From positions 15,190,001 through 15,254,000 of the forward strand of contig NC_043021.1 of the NCBI RefSeq assembly GCF_006345805.1: a stretch of 64,000 bases of DNA, given 5' to 3'. Below the pieces are notes generated by a model. That model made no database searches. It had not been told where the DNA came from and was given only the letters and a program-made list of their open reading frames with translations. This document shows, piece by piece, positions 52,080 to 63,650 of this stretch (its first letter is position 1; each line of letters opens with the position of its first letter). A program made the position numbers and the translations under genes. Source of the stretch: Octopus sinensis (lineage: Eukaryota).

Positions 52080-52081
<2 letters not shown>

Positions 52082-52292
52082 CCTTTCTACTAAAGGCACA
52101 AAGCCTGAAATTTGTGGGAGTGGACTAGTCAATTACATTGACTCCCCCATTATTTCACTGGTACTTAATTTATTGACCCCCAAAAGGAGGAAAGGCAAGT
52201 CGACCTTGGTGGAATTTGAACTCAGAAAATAGCAGCAGACGAAATACTGCCGAGCATTTCGCCTGGCGTGCTAACGATTCTGCCAGCTCACC
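52080..52292 (-). mobile_element. SINE B variant between (TAA)n tracts
   Basis: Reverse complement of family B, flanked by (TAA)n and (AAT/AAC)n. Confidence 0.8.
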
Positions 52293-52294
52293 AC

Positions 52295-52500
52295 ATAATA
52301 ATAATAATAATAATAATAATGATAATAATAACAATAATAACTATTAATAATCATAATAATAACAACAACAATAATAATAATAACAATAATAATAATAACC
52401 ATAACAACAATAATAATAATAACCATAATAATAACAATAATAATAAAAATAATAACAACAACAACAACAACAACAATAATAATAATCATAATAATAGACA
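52295..52500. repeat. (AAT)/(AAC) trinucleotide microsatellite
   Basis: Direct inspection; explains the poly-N and poly-I ORFs. Confidence 0.97.
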
Positions 52501-53714
52501 CTCCATTTAGCTATTGCCCAATGAAATAAATTACTACCAGTGTATTACACACACAACATATAATACAAACACTAATACAACAAAAGACTGCACCACACCC
52601 CATAAAAAAAAGAAACTGATGTAATACAATATTGGGAAGAGTTTGCATACTTCCAACAACAAAAAAACCCCAAAAAAACAACAATGCTGCACACATCCCA
52701 GCAATACAGAGGTGTAGTGGGTGATGCAGTAAAAATTTGCCTGAAACTACCAAATGTTGAATGATAATAATAATAATAATAAATAATGATAATAATAATA
52801 ATAAATAATGATAATAATAATAATAATAATGGTTTCAAATTTTGATGCAGGGCTTACACACACACACATTCTTGCATTCGGCTCACTTATTCACATTATG
52901 GGCTTCTTTTAGTTTCCGCCTACCACATCCACTGATAAGGCTTTGGGTGGTCCTGGCAATGTATTAGAATGCATTTTCCCTGGGACTGAACCCAACACCT
53001 CATGATTGGGAAGGAAGCTTCGATGTGAATATTCATATATTTATCATCTGTGAAGATAAGGTCAATTCTCTGAAAAATTAAGATTGTAAATAAGAGACTT
53101 ACTCTTAAGATAACACTCCTTAGCAGCTGTAGTAGTAATTGTAGTAGTAGTAGTTTAGTGTTTTGAACTGTTAAGTTACCTTCTTGTTTGTATGTACATA
53201 TGTATGTATGTACATATGTACGTCAGTACCTTTGTTTGTATGTATGTACATATGTATGTATGTATGTATGTTTGTTTGTTTGTATATCCTGTTGTGTTCT
53301 GCATACCTTTTCTTATGTTGTCCCAAATAATCTCTTAAGATTAAAGGATCGGTTTTATTGAAATAACTTCCCTGAGTTTAAGGGAAAGAAAAAAAAGGAT
53401 ACTTCGGTTCAACTTTTGGCCCTGTCAAATATATTATTACTATAGGAAATATGACCTCTGACATGGAAAGATAGTAGTAGAAGTGTTAGCCATTACTCCA
53501 CTTTGACCCTTTCATTACCGTTACTTTTAATGAAATACACATTGGCACGTGTATTTAATGTGGCTTGTGTGTTTGAATTAATTTAGAAAATAACAATTTT
53601 TTTTAGGAACTTAGGAATTAACAAAATTAGACAGAATTACTAACTTTTCATTAACCCTTTTGTTGCCATCCTTTCCTGAGACTGCCCTTAGTTCTATGAT
53701 ACAAGCTTTCTGTT

Positions 53715-53940
53715 TTAACCCTTTCGTTACCAACCTGGCTGAAACTGTCTCTGGCTCTGAGTACAAATGTCTTGTTTTCATAAGTTTTGAATTAAAAACT
53801 TCCACCGCCTTAGTCACAATTTATGTTCCTAACACTAGTTGAATGATAACTAAGTTATTTTACTAAATTCTTTGTTATATTTAAAGCAATTGAAAGAAAC
53901 ACAGAGCATATCAAAATAAATACAGTAACAAAAGGGTTAA
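53715..53940. mobile_element. piggyBac-type MITE P1 inserted at an internal TTAA of another P1 copy
   Basis: Outer copy (from 53651) reads ...CTGTT[TTAA], resumes AGTGATCT after 53940; TTAA is duplicated. Confidence 0.85.
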
Positions 53941-54264
53941 AGTGATCTAAATTAAGACGTTTCATTAAAATTTCCTGTTCATTTCTGTTCCAAACACCAG
54001 CTTAACTCGTTAGTATTAAGATTACTCTGTCGAATGTAATGCTTTCTTATTCATGTTGTTCTTAATTAATCATGCATTATCTCACAGTTTCAAAATTTTT
54101 GTGGTGTGCTTGTTTATTTTTTAAAAAGACATAAAAGGGTGGATTTGAAAGACTGGACCTGGTTAGTTTGGGCATAAAGCTGGTAGAATATTTGGGTTGG
54201 TTATGACCCAAAATGCTAAAAGGTTAATAATGTATGACAAAATTGTTTTATCAAATTATTCATT

Positions 54265-54383
54265 AGGTGCTGGAGTGGCTGTTGCGGTAAGTAGGTTGCT
54301 TACGAACCACATGGTTCTGGGATCAGTCCTACTGCTTGGCACCTTGCATGGCCACAGTCAAATGGCTGAAACAAGTAAAAGAG
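54265..54383 (+). mobile_element. Internally deleted SINE A (head fused to tail)
   Basis: GGCACCTTG joins directly to CATGGCCACAGTCAAATGGCTGAAACAAG. Confidence 0.8.
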
Positions 54384-55512
54384 TATTATTAAAATTAATT
54401 GAAACGATGGCAGTGTATTTCAACAAAAATATAGTAACAAGGGTTGAACTAGTGTTTGGAACATAAGAAAATGTCCTTACATAAAATTCTGGATGAAGGT
54501 TTTAACCAATTTTAACCCAGGTTAACCATGTCGAAATTTTGAAGATGGTTATATAAAGAGGGACAACAAACATAAGGAAGCATCCAGTTAACCTTTATTG
54601 CAGTAAATAAACCAAATACAACTGTCCTCAAATGAGGACAGTGGGTTATATGGGTTATATGAACACATCAACAAATAATAGTTTTTTTTACTTTTGTATG
54701 AAGGGCCTTAAGCAGATTAGTATGAAAAAGGTAAATCTCTTGTCCTAATTTATATATTTTTTTAGAATTTTTTTTTGTATGTGTAGGTTTTGTAATTTCA
54801 ATCCTTTTGTTGCAACATTTCCGTTGAAATACAGGTTTTAAAATTTTTTATTTCAATTAATTTTTAAAATAAATGAAGGATTAGTGAAATAACATTGTCA
54901 TATTTATAAGCTGGTGTTTGGAACATAATTTCTCACAAAAGTCTTATAGAAAGTTTTAATTCAGGTCTCTTGAAGGAGAGAAAAAAAAAAAAAAAGAAGT
55001 AATGTCTGTCTTGGACAGGTTGGTATGAAGCTCATTAATTAGAGATACTCTTTACCTTTTAAAGATAAATAGTTGGATTATCCATGTTGTGGTTATTGTT
55101 AACTCCTGTCTCTGATCAACCTATGATCAAAGCTGTTCCAGTCATGGTAATCCTTGTAACAAACCAGGGATCAATCTGTCAGAAATGCTGAATCCACAGG
55201 TGCTATTATTCACCTGTTTTTTTAATATTAAAATGAAAAGGTAAATAAGACACGTTAGAAGAAGCTTCATGACGGTCAGCTAGTTCAAATTTCTTCATCA
55301 CCCTTATCCAACAATGGTTCAGTGTGTTTTTTTCTCCCTCTTCCCTGGTCATATAGTTTTATATAGAGAGCAGGAGCTGCTTTTTATGACCATCTTAGAG
55401 AATTAGTTTTTGTTTTCTATTTATGGATCCTAACTCTGATTCAGAACAATAGTTTTCTCAAACTGAATTATATGTTCCGATCCATTATAAGTCACAAACT
55501 CACACTCAGTTA

Positions 55513-55552
55513 CAGAGAGAGAGAGAGAGCGAGAGAGAGAGAAAGAGAGAGC

Positions 55553-55597
<45 letters not shown>
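55513..55597. repeat. (GA)n microsatellite
   Basis: Direct inspection. Confidence 0.95.
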
Positions 55598-55603
<6 letters not shown>

Positions 55604-55632
55604 TGCAAGTTTCTGTCTATCATACTCTAACC

Positions 55633-55911
55633 CAGGGGTTCCCAAATTTATTTTGCTTGTGGACCCCCTAAGAGCTATCTTATCATCTGTGGACCCCATA
55701 TATGCACATTTAAATTTTTGAAATGCAATATTTGTTTGTAGGTTAGTAAAAACTAACAATGAAACAATTTCGTTATATTCATAACATAAATTCCAAATAC
55801 AAATCTTGAAAATTTCAATAAATACAAGTACCTCTCCTAATAAACAAAATTTATATATGGACCCGCAAATTACAATTTTTTTTACTCGTGGACCCCAGTT
55901 GGGAACCCCTG
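55633..55911. mobile_element. hAT-superfamily MITE, 279 bp, with perfect TIRs and 8-bp TSD
   Basis: TIR CAGGGGTTCCCAA / TTGGGAACCCCTG; TSD CTCTAACC at 55625-55632 and 55912-55919. Confidence 0.92.
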
Positions 55912-57259
55912 CTCTAACCTCTCATCATCTGGCATAAAGCCAACTCGCTCGATCCTGCTCCTCCTTCAGTTGAGGGATCTTGCCTTGCAAGTTACTTGGT
56001 GACCTTGCTGTTGGTGGTGCCACTTAAAGAGCACCCACTACACTTTGTAGAGTGGTAGGCATTATGAAGGGCATCCTGTTGTAGAAACCATGCCAAAGCA
56101 GACATTAGAGCTTGGCACAGTCCCTTGGCTTTTCAGAACCTGTCAAAACGTCCAGTCCACACCAACAGGGAAGATGGACATTTACAGAGAGGAAGGGAAA
56201 GAAAGAAAAAAAGAATTCACAATGTTACAAGGATTTAAGTAAAAAAAGAATGGAACAAAATATGGTTGGAACATGGTGCTATTTTTGGTTATGTTCCAAG
56301 AAAGTTTCTGGATAGAAGTGAAGAAAGGGAGAAAGAAAACTAATTAATATAGTTTATTATTGATAAGTTATTGATATCTTGTGCAATAAATCATGAGTGT
56401 ACAGTTGTTATGTTCTTTCCATTTCATCTAATCTATAAATACATTTAATCTCACATACTGCATTCTTTTGATGTAAAACACAACTGGCTGGTTCTACAAG
56501 ACGCATATCAAGGCAGATGGGTGGCTAAATCAGTAGAGCATTGGATAAAATATCTCTTGCAATTTGGTTACATCAGTTTACATTCTGAGTTCAAATCCAT
56601 CATCAGGTCCATATCCTTCTAAAGTTAATGCAATGAGTGCAGGGGCTGATGTGGACTTTATTCAGACACACACACACACAAAACTTTTCCACAGTTTCTG
56701 TCTACCAAATGCACTCACAATGCATTGATTGGCCTAGGGTTGTAGTAGAAGACTCTTTGTGCAGTGGAACTGAACCTGAAGCCACATGCTTGTAAAGCAA
56801 GCTTCTTAACCACACAGCCATGCTTGTACCTATATTGCTTAATGTTTGTTTATTTATTTTTTCTGAACTTTATCTTTACCATTAAGCTTTGAAGGTCAGT
56901 GTTTCATTTCGCATTGCTCCTCTGTGTTCAGCTGAAAATGAGTAGCAGTCTTGTGATGGTACTCCTTTTCAGCTGAGTATGATGTACTCATATTCAACCC
57001 TGTCTCCCTCCAGCTGTCATCTCCTGGTAGATCAAGAATGAAAGGACCAAGAGAGTCTATGCCTACATGTGACTACTCAGGCCCCCTTAAACAATTAACA
57101 TGTTACTAGGCTATACATGATTGGGAGTGACAACTCTGGTATGGTTATATAGAAAAGAAAGTGGAAATATACCATAAGCCTTTTGAGCCATTATTGAAGA
57201 TTTTGCTCTTCACGTAGTGTGTCAAGGAAGTTAATTTGGTGGATCACAGTCCTCTAGAC

Positions 57260-57922
57260 CAGCAGCAATCTGCAAGCTTTTTTTTGCCACACAGGCTGGT
57301 TTTATGCAACAGTTTTACCATGGAAAGGAGATCACATTCGTGACAAAACATGATGAAGTGTATAATATATAATTTAATTATTACATATATAAACCTTTCC
57401 ACTTTAGGCACATGGTAGTTTTTCAGGGGCCATGAAAGAATTGTACTTTTGACTGGTAAAGTTTACATGTAATAAATTGGTTATCCGTCCACAATACACA
57501 CAGGTTTTTTAACTATTACTTTTATACAATTCCTTAGAATATTTAATTACAAAAATACAATAAAAAAAATAAATAAATGCGCCCTTTTAAAGCCTAGCCA
57601 GGCCCATGGGCCTGGGTTCCCGGTTTCAATGGCATATGTGTTTCCCAGCTGGGGGATGCCAGTCCATCGCAGCGTTACTCATTTTTGCCAGCTGAGTGGA
57701 CTGGAACAACATGAAATGAAGTGTTTTGCTCAAGACCACAACGCGTCGCCCGGTCCAGGAATCGAAACCATAATCTTACGATCATCATGCTGACACCCTA
57801 ACCACTAAGCCATGCGCCTCCACCAAAAATAATAGGATTTTTTAAACAACAAATGGTTATGGGGGTCCACCTAAAACAGGAATCAAAGGGGTCCACGGGC
57901 AAAAAATGGTTGAGAACCCCTG
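57260..57922. mobile_element. Probable old hAT MITE interrupted by a SINE D
   Basis: Right end GGTTGAGAACCCCTG; candidate TSD CTCTAGAC / CTCTGGAC; left TIR is degenerate. Confidence 0.45.
57582..57822 (-). mobile_element. tRNA-headed SINE family D
   Basis: Minus strand GTGGAGGCGCATGGCTTAGTGGTTAGG (A-box) ... GGTTTCGATTCC (B-box) ... CTTGAGCAAAACAC ... GCGATGGACTGGCATCC. Confidence 0.8.
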
Positions 57923-58396
57923 CTCTGGACCATTGTGTACGTCTGGGAATATATCAGATGCGAGAAGATGGTGAATTATAGTGGCTCAATTGAGATTTAT
58001 ACTTTTGTGTCTGGCAGACAGCTTACTACTCATCTATCAATATTGCCATTTGCATGTGTGTATGGCAAGTATGCACCACATACATACACAGTACATAATA
58101 CATATATTTGTGTGTGGGGGTTTAAATCTGTGTCTGGTTTTAGTATTTGTAGCATAGAGACATGCTTATTAAAAGATTACTGAAATGTACTTTTATATGT
58201 CAGCTTCAGCCGACCAGCAATGGATTAAGTAAAATAAACCTGTGTTTATTGAATGATTTTTTTTTTTTGTTTTACTACTGCCAGACTTACTGTATCGCAA
58301 ATGGTGAAACTGCATGAGAGCCTCACAAAAAAGAGGGCCCAGCAAAAAGTGCCACTCTCCTGCAAAAATTGAATATGTGGATATATATATATATAT

Positions 58397-58602
58397 ATTA
58401 CGGAGATGTACTTGCATAGCAAGTAACCTGATCTGAGATCGTGTGCTGGAACGAAAACAATTGCAGTGTGGAAGGTGTTTATAAGCCATTTAAGAAACAC
58501 ACAAAAGCCGTTAGATTCACTTCAACATTTAAATTTAATTTGCCAAAATATTTTCATCGCTTTGAGACCGCAACCTGTTCACTGACAAAATTCCGTGCTG
58601 CA
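58397..58602 (-). mobile_element. Hammerhead-bearing repeat family H2, copy 2
   Basis: Homologous to 2829-3033; preceded by (TA)n. Confidence 0.8.
58542..58586 (-). ncRNA. G3:C8 hammerhead motif, copy 2
   Basis: GTCA-GTGAACA-G-GTTGC-ggtctcaaa-GCGAT-GAA-AATATT-T-TGGC; core identical to copy 1, stem changes give G-U pairs, loop II differs. Confidence 0.6.
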
Positions 58603-58663
58603 TCTCGGAATTTTGCTGCAGCAATAGGACTGAACACGCTGCAATTGTTTATATATATATGTG

Positions 58664-58700
<37 letters not shown>

Positions 58701-58707
58701 CTACACA

Positions 58708-59399
58708 CAGCAATCCCTTGCCTTATCATGGTTCACCTATCACACCCTCAGTACATTATGGAATTTTTCTGGCTGATGTATGTGAATTTATATTCCAGAC
58801 TCCTCTATATATCTTGGGTTTCTGTGGCTGATAGGTATTTATAGTTTTTTTATATTTTAATTATTTCCGTGGTAAAATAAGCATTTTCACGCCTAAAAAT
58901 TAATAAATAAAAGTACAGTACAGAACTGCACTGTATAACACTTTAATTAAACTATATTAAAAGAAAATATGTAGTGTACCATGGATGGGTAAACAAAGAA
59001 TTGCACATACTGTATGGAAAATGAAACTTGGGAGGCGAGTGTGTGGTCTTGTTTTGCATTTATAATAAAATAAATATATACAAATTATAAAAATTATTAA
59101 AAAAAAAACATACAGTACAGATGAACCAACTTCACGGCAGGAGGTGCAAATGAGGGCAGCTGCATCGAACTCTCTCATGCACCAAATGGCAATTGCTAAA
59201 AAGCATTTGTGAAGTAAAATCATGTAGCAACTCCGAATGGCAGTGCCCCAACATGGCCACAGCTCATGAGCTGAAACTAGATAAAATATAAAATATAAAT
59301 ATAAATATAGTACAGTACTATTTCTACATCGTGAATTTTCACCTGTTACGGGGGGGGGGGTTGGGATGTTATACCTGCGAGATATTTGAAGGTTTACTG
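58708..59399. mobile_element. Tc1/mariner (Tigger-like) non-autonomous element with an internal retroposon 3' fragment
   Basis: Left CAGCAATCCCTTGCCTTATC, right GATATTTGAAGGTTTACTG followed by TA; insertion at about 59120-59295. Confidence 0.55.
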
Positions 59400-59647
59400 T
59401 ATGTTTGTGTGGTGTTAGCCCTGAGAAATGCTCTCACATAGGTGGTTGGTGCATGACAGCAACCCGATAAGATGTAGAGTCTCTCCAGGACTAATAATGC
59501 AATGTTCTGTATTTTAACAAGACATCCACATTAATTTGGATTTGAAGATTTTCTTTTGGTAAGTAATACTGCTTTCATCACTGATAATTAATATATATAA
59601 AATATGTGTGCAAGCATCAAAATCAATGGAAACTGTAGTTGTGATCC

Positions 59648-59980
59648 CTGTGCCGGTGGCATGTAAAAAAGCACCATCCGAATGTGGCCAATGCTAGCGC
59701 CACCTTGACTGGCTTCCGTGCCGGTGGCACGTAAAATGCACCAATCCGATCGTGGCCGTTGCCAGCCTCACCTGGCACCTGTGTCGGTGGCACATAAAAA
59801 GCACCCACTACACTCTCGGAGTAGTTGGCGTTAGGAAGGGCATCCAGCTGTAGAAACACTGCCAGATCAGACTGGAGCTTGGTGAAGCCTTCTGGCTTCC
59901 CAGATCCCCGGTTGAACCGTCCAACCCATGCTAGCATGGAGAACGGATGTTAAACGATGATGATGATGATGATGATGATG
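59648..59980 (+). mobile_element. SINE-like family C
   Basis: Three subrepeats, core and long (GAT)n tail. Confidence 0.9.
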
Positions 59981-60759
59981 GGCTTCCATACAGTTTCTGT
60001 CTATCAAATTCACTCACAACTTGAAACTGCATTGTTGCAAAGCAAGTCTGTTAACCAGACAGCTATGCCTGTGCCCATGTTATGGTAACCATTTAGAAAT
60101 AGTAATTCTGAATCTTAGGCTCTGCTGGATATCTTGCAGATGGTTGAACATAAAGATGGTTGTGTGATATGAGAGACCGAGAGAACTGGATAATTTTCCC
60201 CCTCCGGCTAACATCCTCTGGCTGCAAGCCAGTGGTTGACCATGCCAACACAATAGCTTCCTGACACAACATTGTCTCTCTTGTATTCGTTTCGCTTCTA
60301 ACAAGTCTTCTTCATTTCAATCTTTCTGAAAGATCTTCAGACACTGCAATAAAAGACGGAGGCAAAATATAAGGAATTTCTAATGCAGATCTCCCTCCCT
60401 CTCTCTTCTCTCTTTCTCTGTCTTTTGCTTCCAGGAATATTGACACATATTTCTGTTGTTTAATGTATTTTTAATATGTCATATAGCTCCAGCTATCTGT
60501 TTTATTGACATTCCAAGGAAGAGAGAGAGAGAGAGAGATAGAGAGAATATTCAAAAACGGTTTTTAATCAGATTTATTCTTCCCTCTCCGTCCTCCTCCT
60601 CTTTAAATACCAGCATATAATTGATCCAGTTGCCAGCTAGAAAATTCAATATTTTCTTTCTTACTCGTCTTTCTCACTTTCTCTACATTTGATACAAAGT
60701 AAAAAGGTTCATTTTAAACATCTTCTGCCATTTCTGTGTATATATCAGTGTGTGTGTGG

Positions 60760-60774
60760 GTATGTGTGCACACA

Positions 60775-60821
<47 letters not shown>

Positions 60822-60971
60822 TATACACATTCTTATACATATATAAGCATATGAACACATATTATTGACATAATACATTATGTATACACGATACATGTAG
60901 GCATATGTATGTATATATGTATGTATGTATATATGTATGCATGTATGTATGTATGTATGTATATATGTATG

Positions 60972-61015
<44 letters not shown>

Positions 61016-61155
61016 CGTGTTCGCATATACATATGTATATATATATGTGTGTGTGCATGTATGTATACACATATATAAAAGAGAAAAAGTGTGTATACAT
61101 ATGTATATATGTGTATACATACATGCACACACACACACACACATATATGTATACA
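60760..61155. repeat. Compound (TA)/(CA)/(TATG) microsatellite region
   Basis: Direct inspection. Confidence 0.95.
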
Positions 61156-61489
61156 CACTTTTTCTCTTTTTACTTCATGATTCTATGAATCTCTCCCATA
61201 ACCGAGAGATAGATCCACTTATTGGTTTTGCTCAACAAATAATCTTTTTTTTTTCTTCCTCTTCCCCATTCCTCTTAAAGTGGCTCAGATTGAAATATGT
61301 CACTTCATTTAATTATTTATATTCGTTTAAATATCTGTTGCTTTTAACTTAATTAATTGTTTAGATTCACTTACTAATTAAAACCATTGAGAACAAACAA
61401 CTTCTGAACGGTTAAAAAAAATAATATCACACTGGATTTTTTTGTTTATTTTATTTTTTGTAAATTGTTTTTTTTTTATATCTCTAATG

Positions 61490-61522
<33 letters not shown>

Positions 61523-61620
61523 GTGACATAAGAAAGAAGATTGCTTTGCAACGGTGTGAGTTAGGGTTCAGTTCTGCATAGCAACTTGGGCAAATGTGTT
61601 ATACTATAATTCCAGGCTGA

Positions 61621-61832
61621 AAGGCGGCGAACTGGCAGAAACGTCAGCATGCCGGGCGAAATGCGTAGCCATATTTCGTCTGCCTATGGGTTCAAATTCC
61701 GCCGAGGTCAACTTTGCCTTTCATCCTTTCGGGGTCGATAAATTAAGTACCAGTTACGCACTGGGGTCGATGTAATCGACTTAATCCGTTTGTCCCCTCT
61801 GTGTTTAGCCCCTTGTGGGTAGTAAAGAAATA
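61621..61832 (+). mobile_element. SINE B inserted into a SINE A with a 16-bp TSD
   Basis: TATAATTCCAGGCTGA at 61605-61620 and 61833-61848; host SINE A spans about 61540-62050. Confidence 0.92.
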
Positions 61833-63246
61833 TATAATTCCAGGCTGATCAAACATTGTGTAAGTGAATTTGGTTGATGGTGTGTGTTTGTGTCTTGTTT
61901 GCTCTGCTTCCATCATTTGTCAACTGGTGTTGGTTTGTTTCCGTCTCTGTAACTTAGCAGTTTAGCAGTGGTGGCTGATAGGATAAATACCGAACTTTAA
62001 AAAATAGGTGGTGCTGCAGCATGGTGCAGTCCAATGAATGAAACAAGATAAAGATATCTAGCCCTAATCATAAATGTAAAACAACAGAGAAACCTCCTAT
62101 AAAATGCAGCAAAAGACCATTAGAAGAATCTGTAGTGAAAATCCCCTATAAACTGTAGCAAATGAACGTCACAAAAATAGGGTCTTCATCTCCATCTTTA
62201 CATATTCTCACAGCAGTCAGTCGTTAAAGAATATTATTTTCTATCTTTTTTGAAGTTTGTCTTTATAGATTTCGGTGCAAGTAACGCAAGTATGGTTATG
62301 TGTTTATTGATTGCTGGTTTATCGAGGAATTTCTTTAGCATGATATCTGATTGTCTTGGAATATCAAGAATCTCGCGGAAGGCAATTGACTTTCATTTGT
62401 TCAAGTCTTCACACACCGTTCCAGGCCTGTCAACAGATAATCATAATACAGCATTTGATATTTTGATCTGCATTTAAGAGGACATGAAACTGCAAGAAGA
62501 CAAATTTACCATTAAATTGTCTTTTAGTGAGGTAAAGGAATTTGGTACAGAAAAAAAAAAATGGTAAAAAAAAAAAGAAAGAAAAGAAAAAGAATACCAA
62601 GTTAAATTTATTACTTTTTACTTATTTATTTATTTATTTAGCTTTCTAAAACATTTCTCGTTGCAGAAGAATTTTTATAAATCTCTCCCTCTCATCTGAA
62701 CTTTTGATGTTCACATTTTATTATCCAGAACTCTTAGAAGTAACATTCCTCCATATATATTTATACATTGCAACTGGGATTCTTTGCTGTATTATAGTTC
62801 TATTGATTTGGCAGTTTATTTTTAATTTACTGACTTCCTTCCCATATAGACATGAAATAGTTATTACTAAGATGTCTATAATAGTATCGTTATTATTTAA
62901 CCCCAACTAAATCTTCCCCCGATCAAACAGACCTATGATTTTTAACCTTTATGCTACTATATTTCTATTAAAATACTCCACTTATGTTTCAGTTAATTTT
63001 GAAAATGAAAAATTTATCAAAATAATTATGATCTTATCCCTTTAAAACAGGGAATTTATATCATAGAATTAAGGCTGTTCTTGGGTAGGTTGGTATCAAA
63101 AGGGTTATCACTTCTGTGACCACATTTCTGTGGAAATGCACAGCTTTTGTTTTTCAGTTAATTTTGGAATTGATAAAGAATTTTTCAAAATAATTTTACT
63201 CTCATTTGTTCTTAACTCCCTAGTAATCAAGTTACTCTGTCAAATA

Positions 63247-63650
63247 AGGTGGCAAGCTGGCAGAATCGTTAGCACGCCGGGCGAAATGCTCAGCGGTATT
63301 TTGTCTGCTGCTACGTTCTGAGTTCAAATTCCGCTGAGGTCGACTTTGCCTTTCATCCTTTCGGGGTCGATTAAATAAGTACCAGTTATGCACTGAGGTC
63401 AATATAATCGACTTAATCCGTTTGTCTGTCCTTGTTTGTCCCTTCTGTGTTTAGCCCCTTGTGGGTAGTAAAGAAATAGGTATTTTGTCTGTCCTTACAT
63501 TCAGAGTTCAAATTCCATCGAGGTTGACTTTTCCCTTAATTTTTTTGGTGTTGATGAATTAAGAACTAGTTGCGTACTGGGGTTGATCTAATCGACTGGC
63601 CCTCTTTCCCCAAAAATTTCTGCCCTTGTGCCTAGAGTAGAAAAAAAAAT
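63247..63650 (+). mobile_element. Two head-to-tail SINE B copies (second is truncated and carries the variant tail)
   Basis: Full copy to about 63480, then a restart at GTATTTTGTCTG. Confidence 0.85.

Noticed and set aside
52268-52510. Poly-Asn / poly-Ile ORFs
   Set aside because: (AAT)/(AAC) microsatellite adjoining a SINE.
6587-61352. Many ORFs rich in YI/HT/VC/MY repeats (e.g. 9914-10558, 10923-11450, 15128-15691, 28842-29391, 31188-31963, 46197-46915, 60714-61352)
   Set aside because: Translations of dinucleotide and tetranucleotide microsatellites, which lack stop codons by construction.
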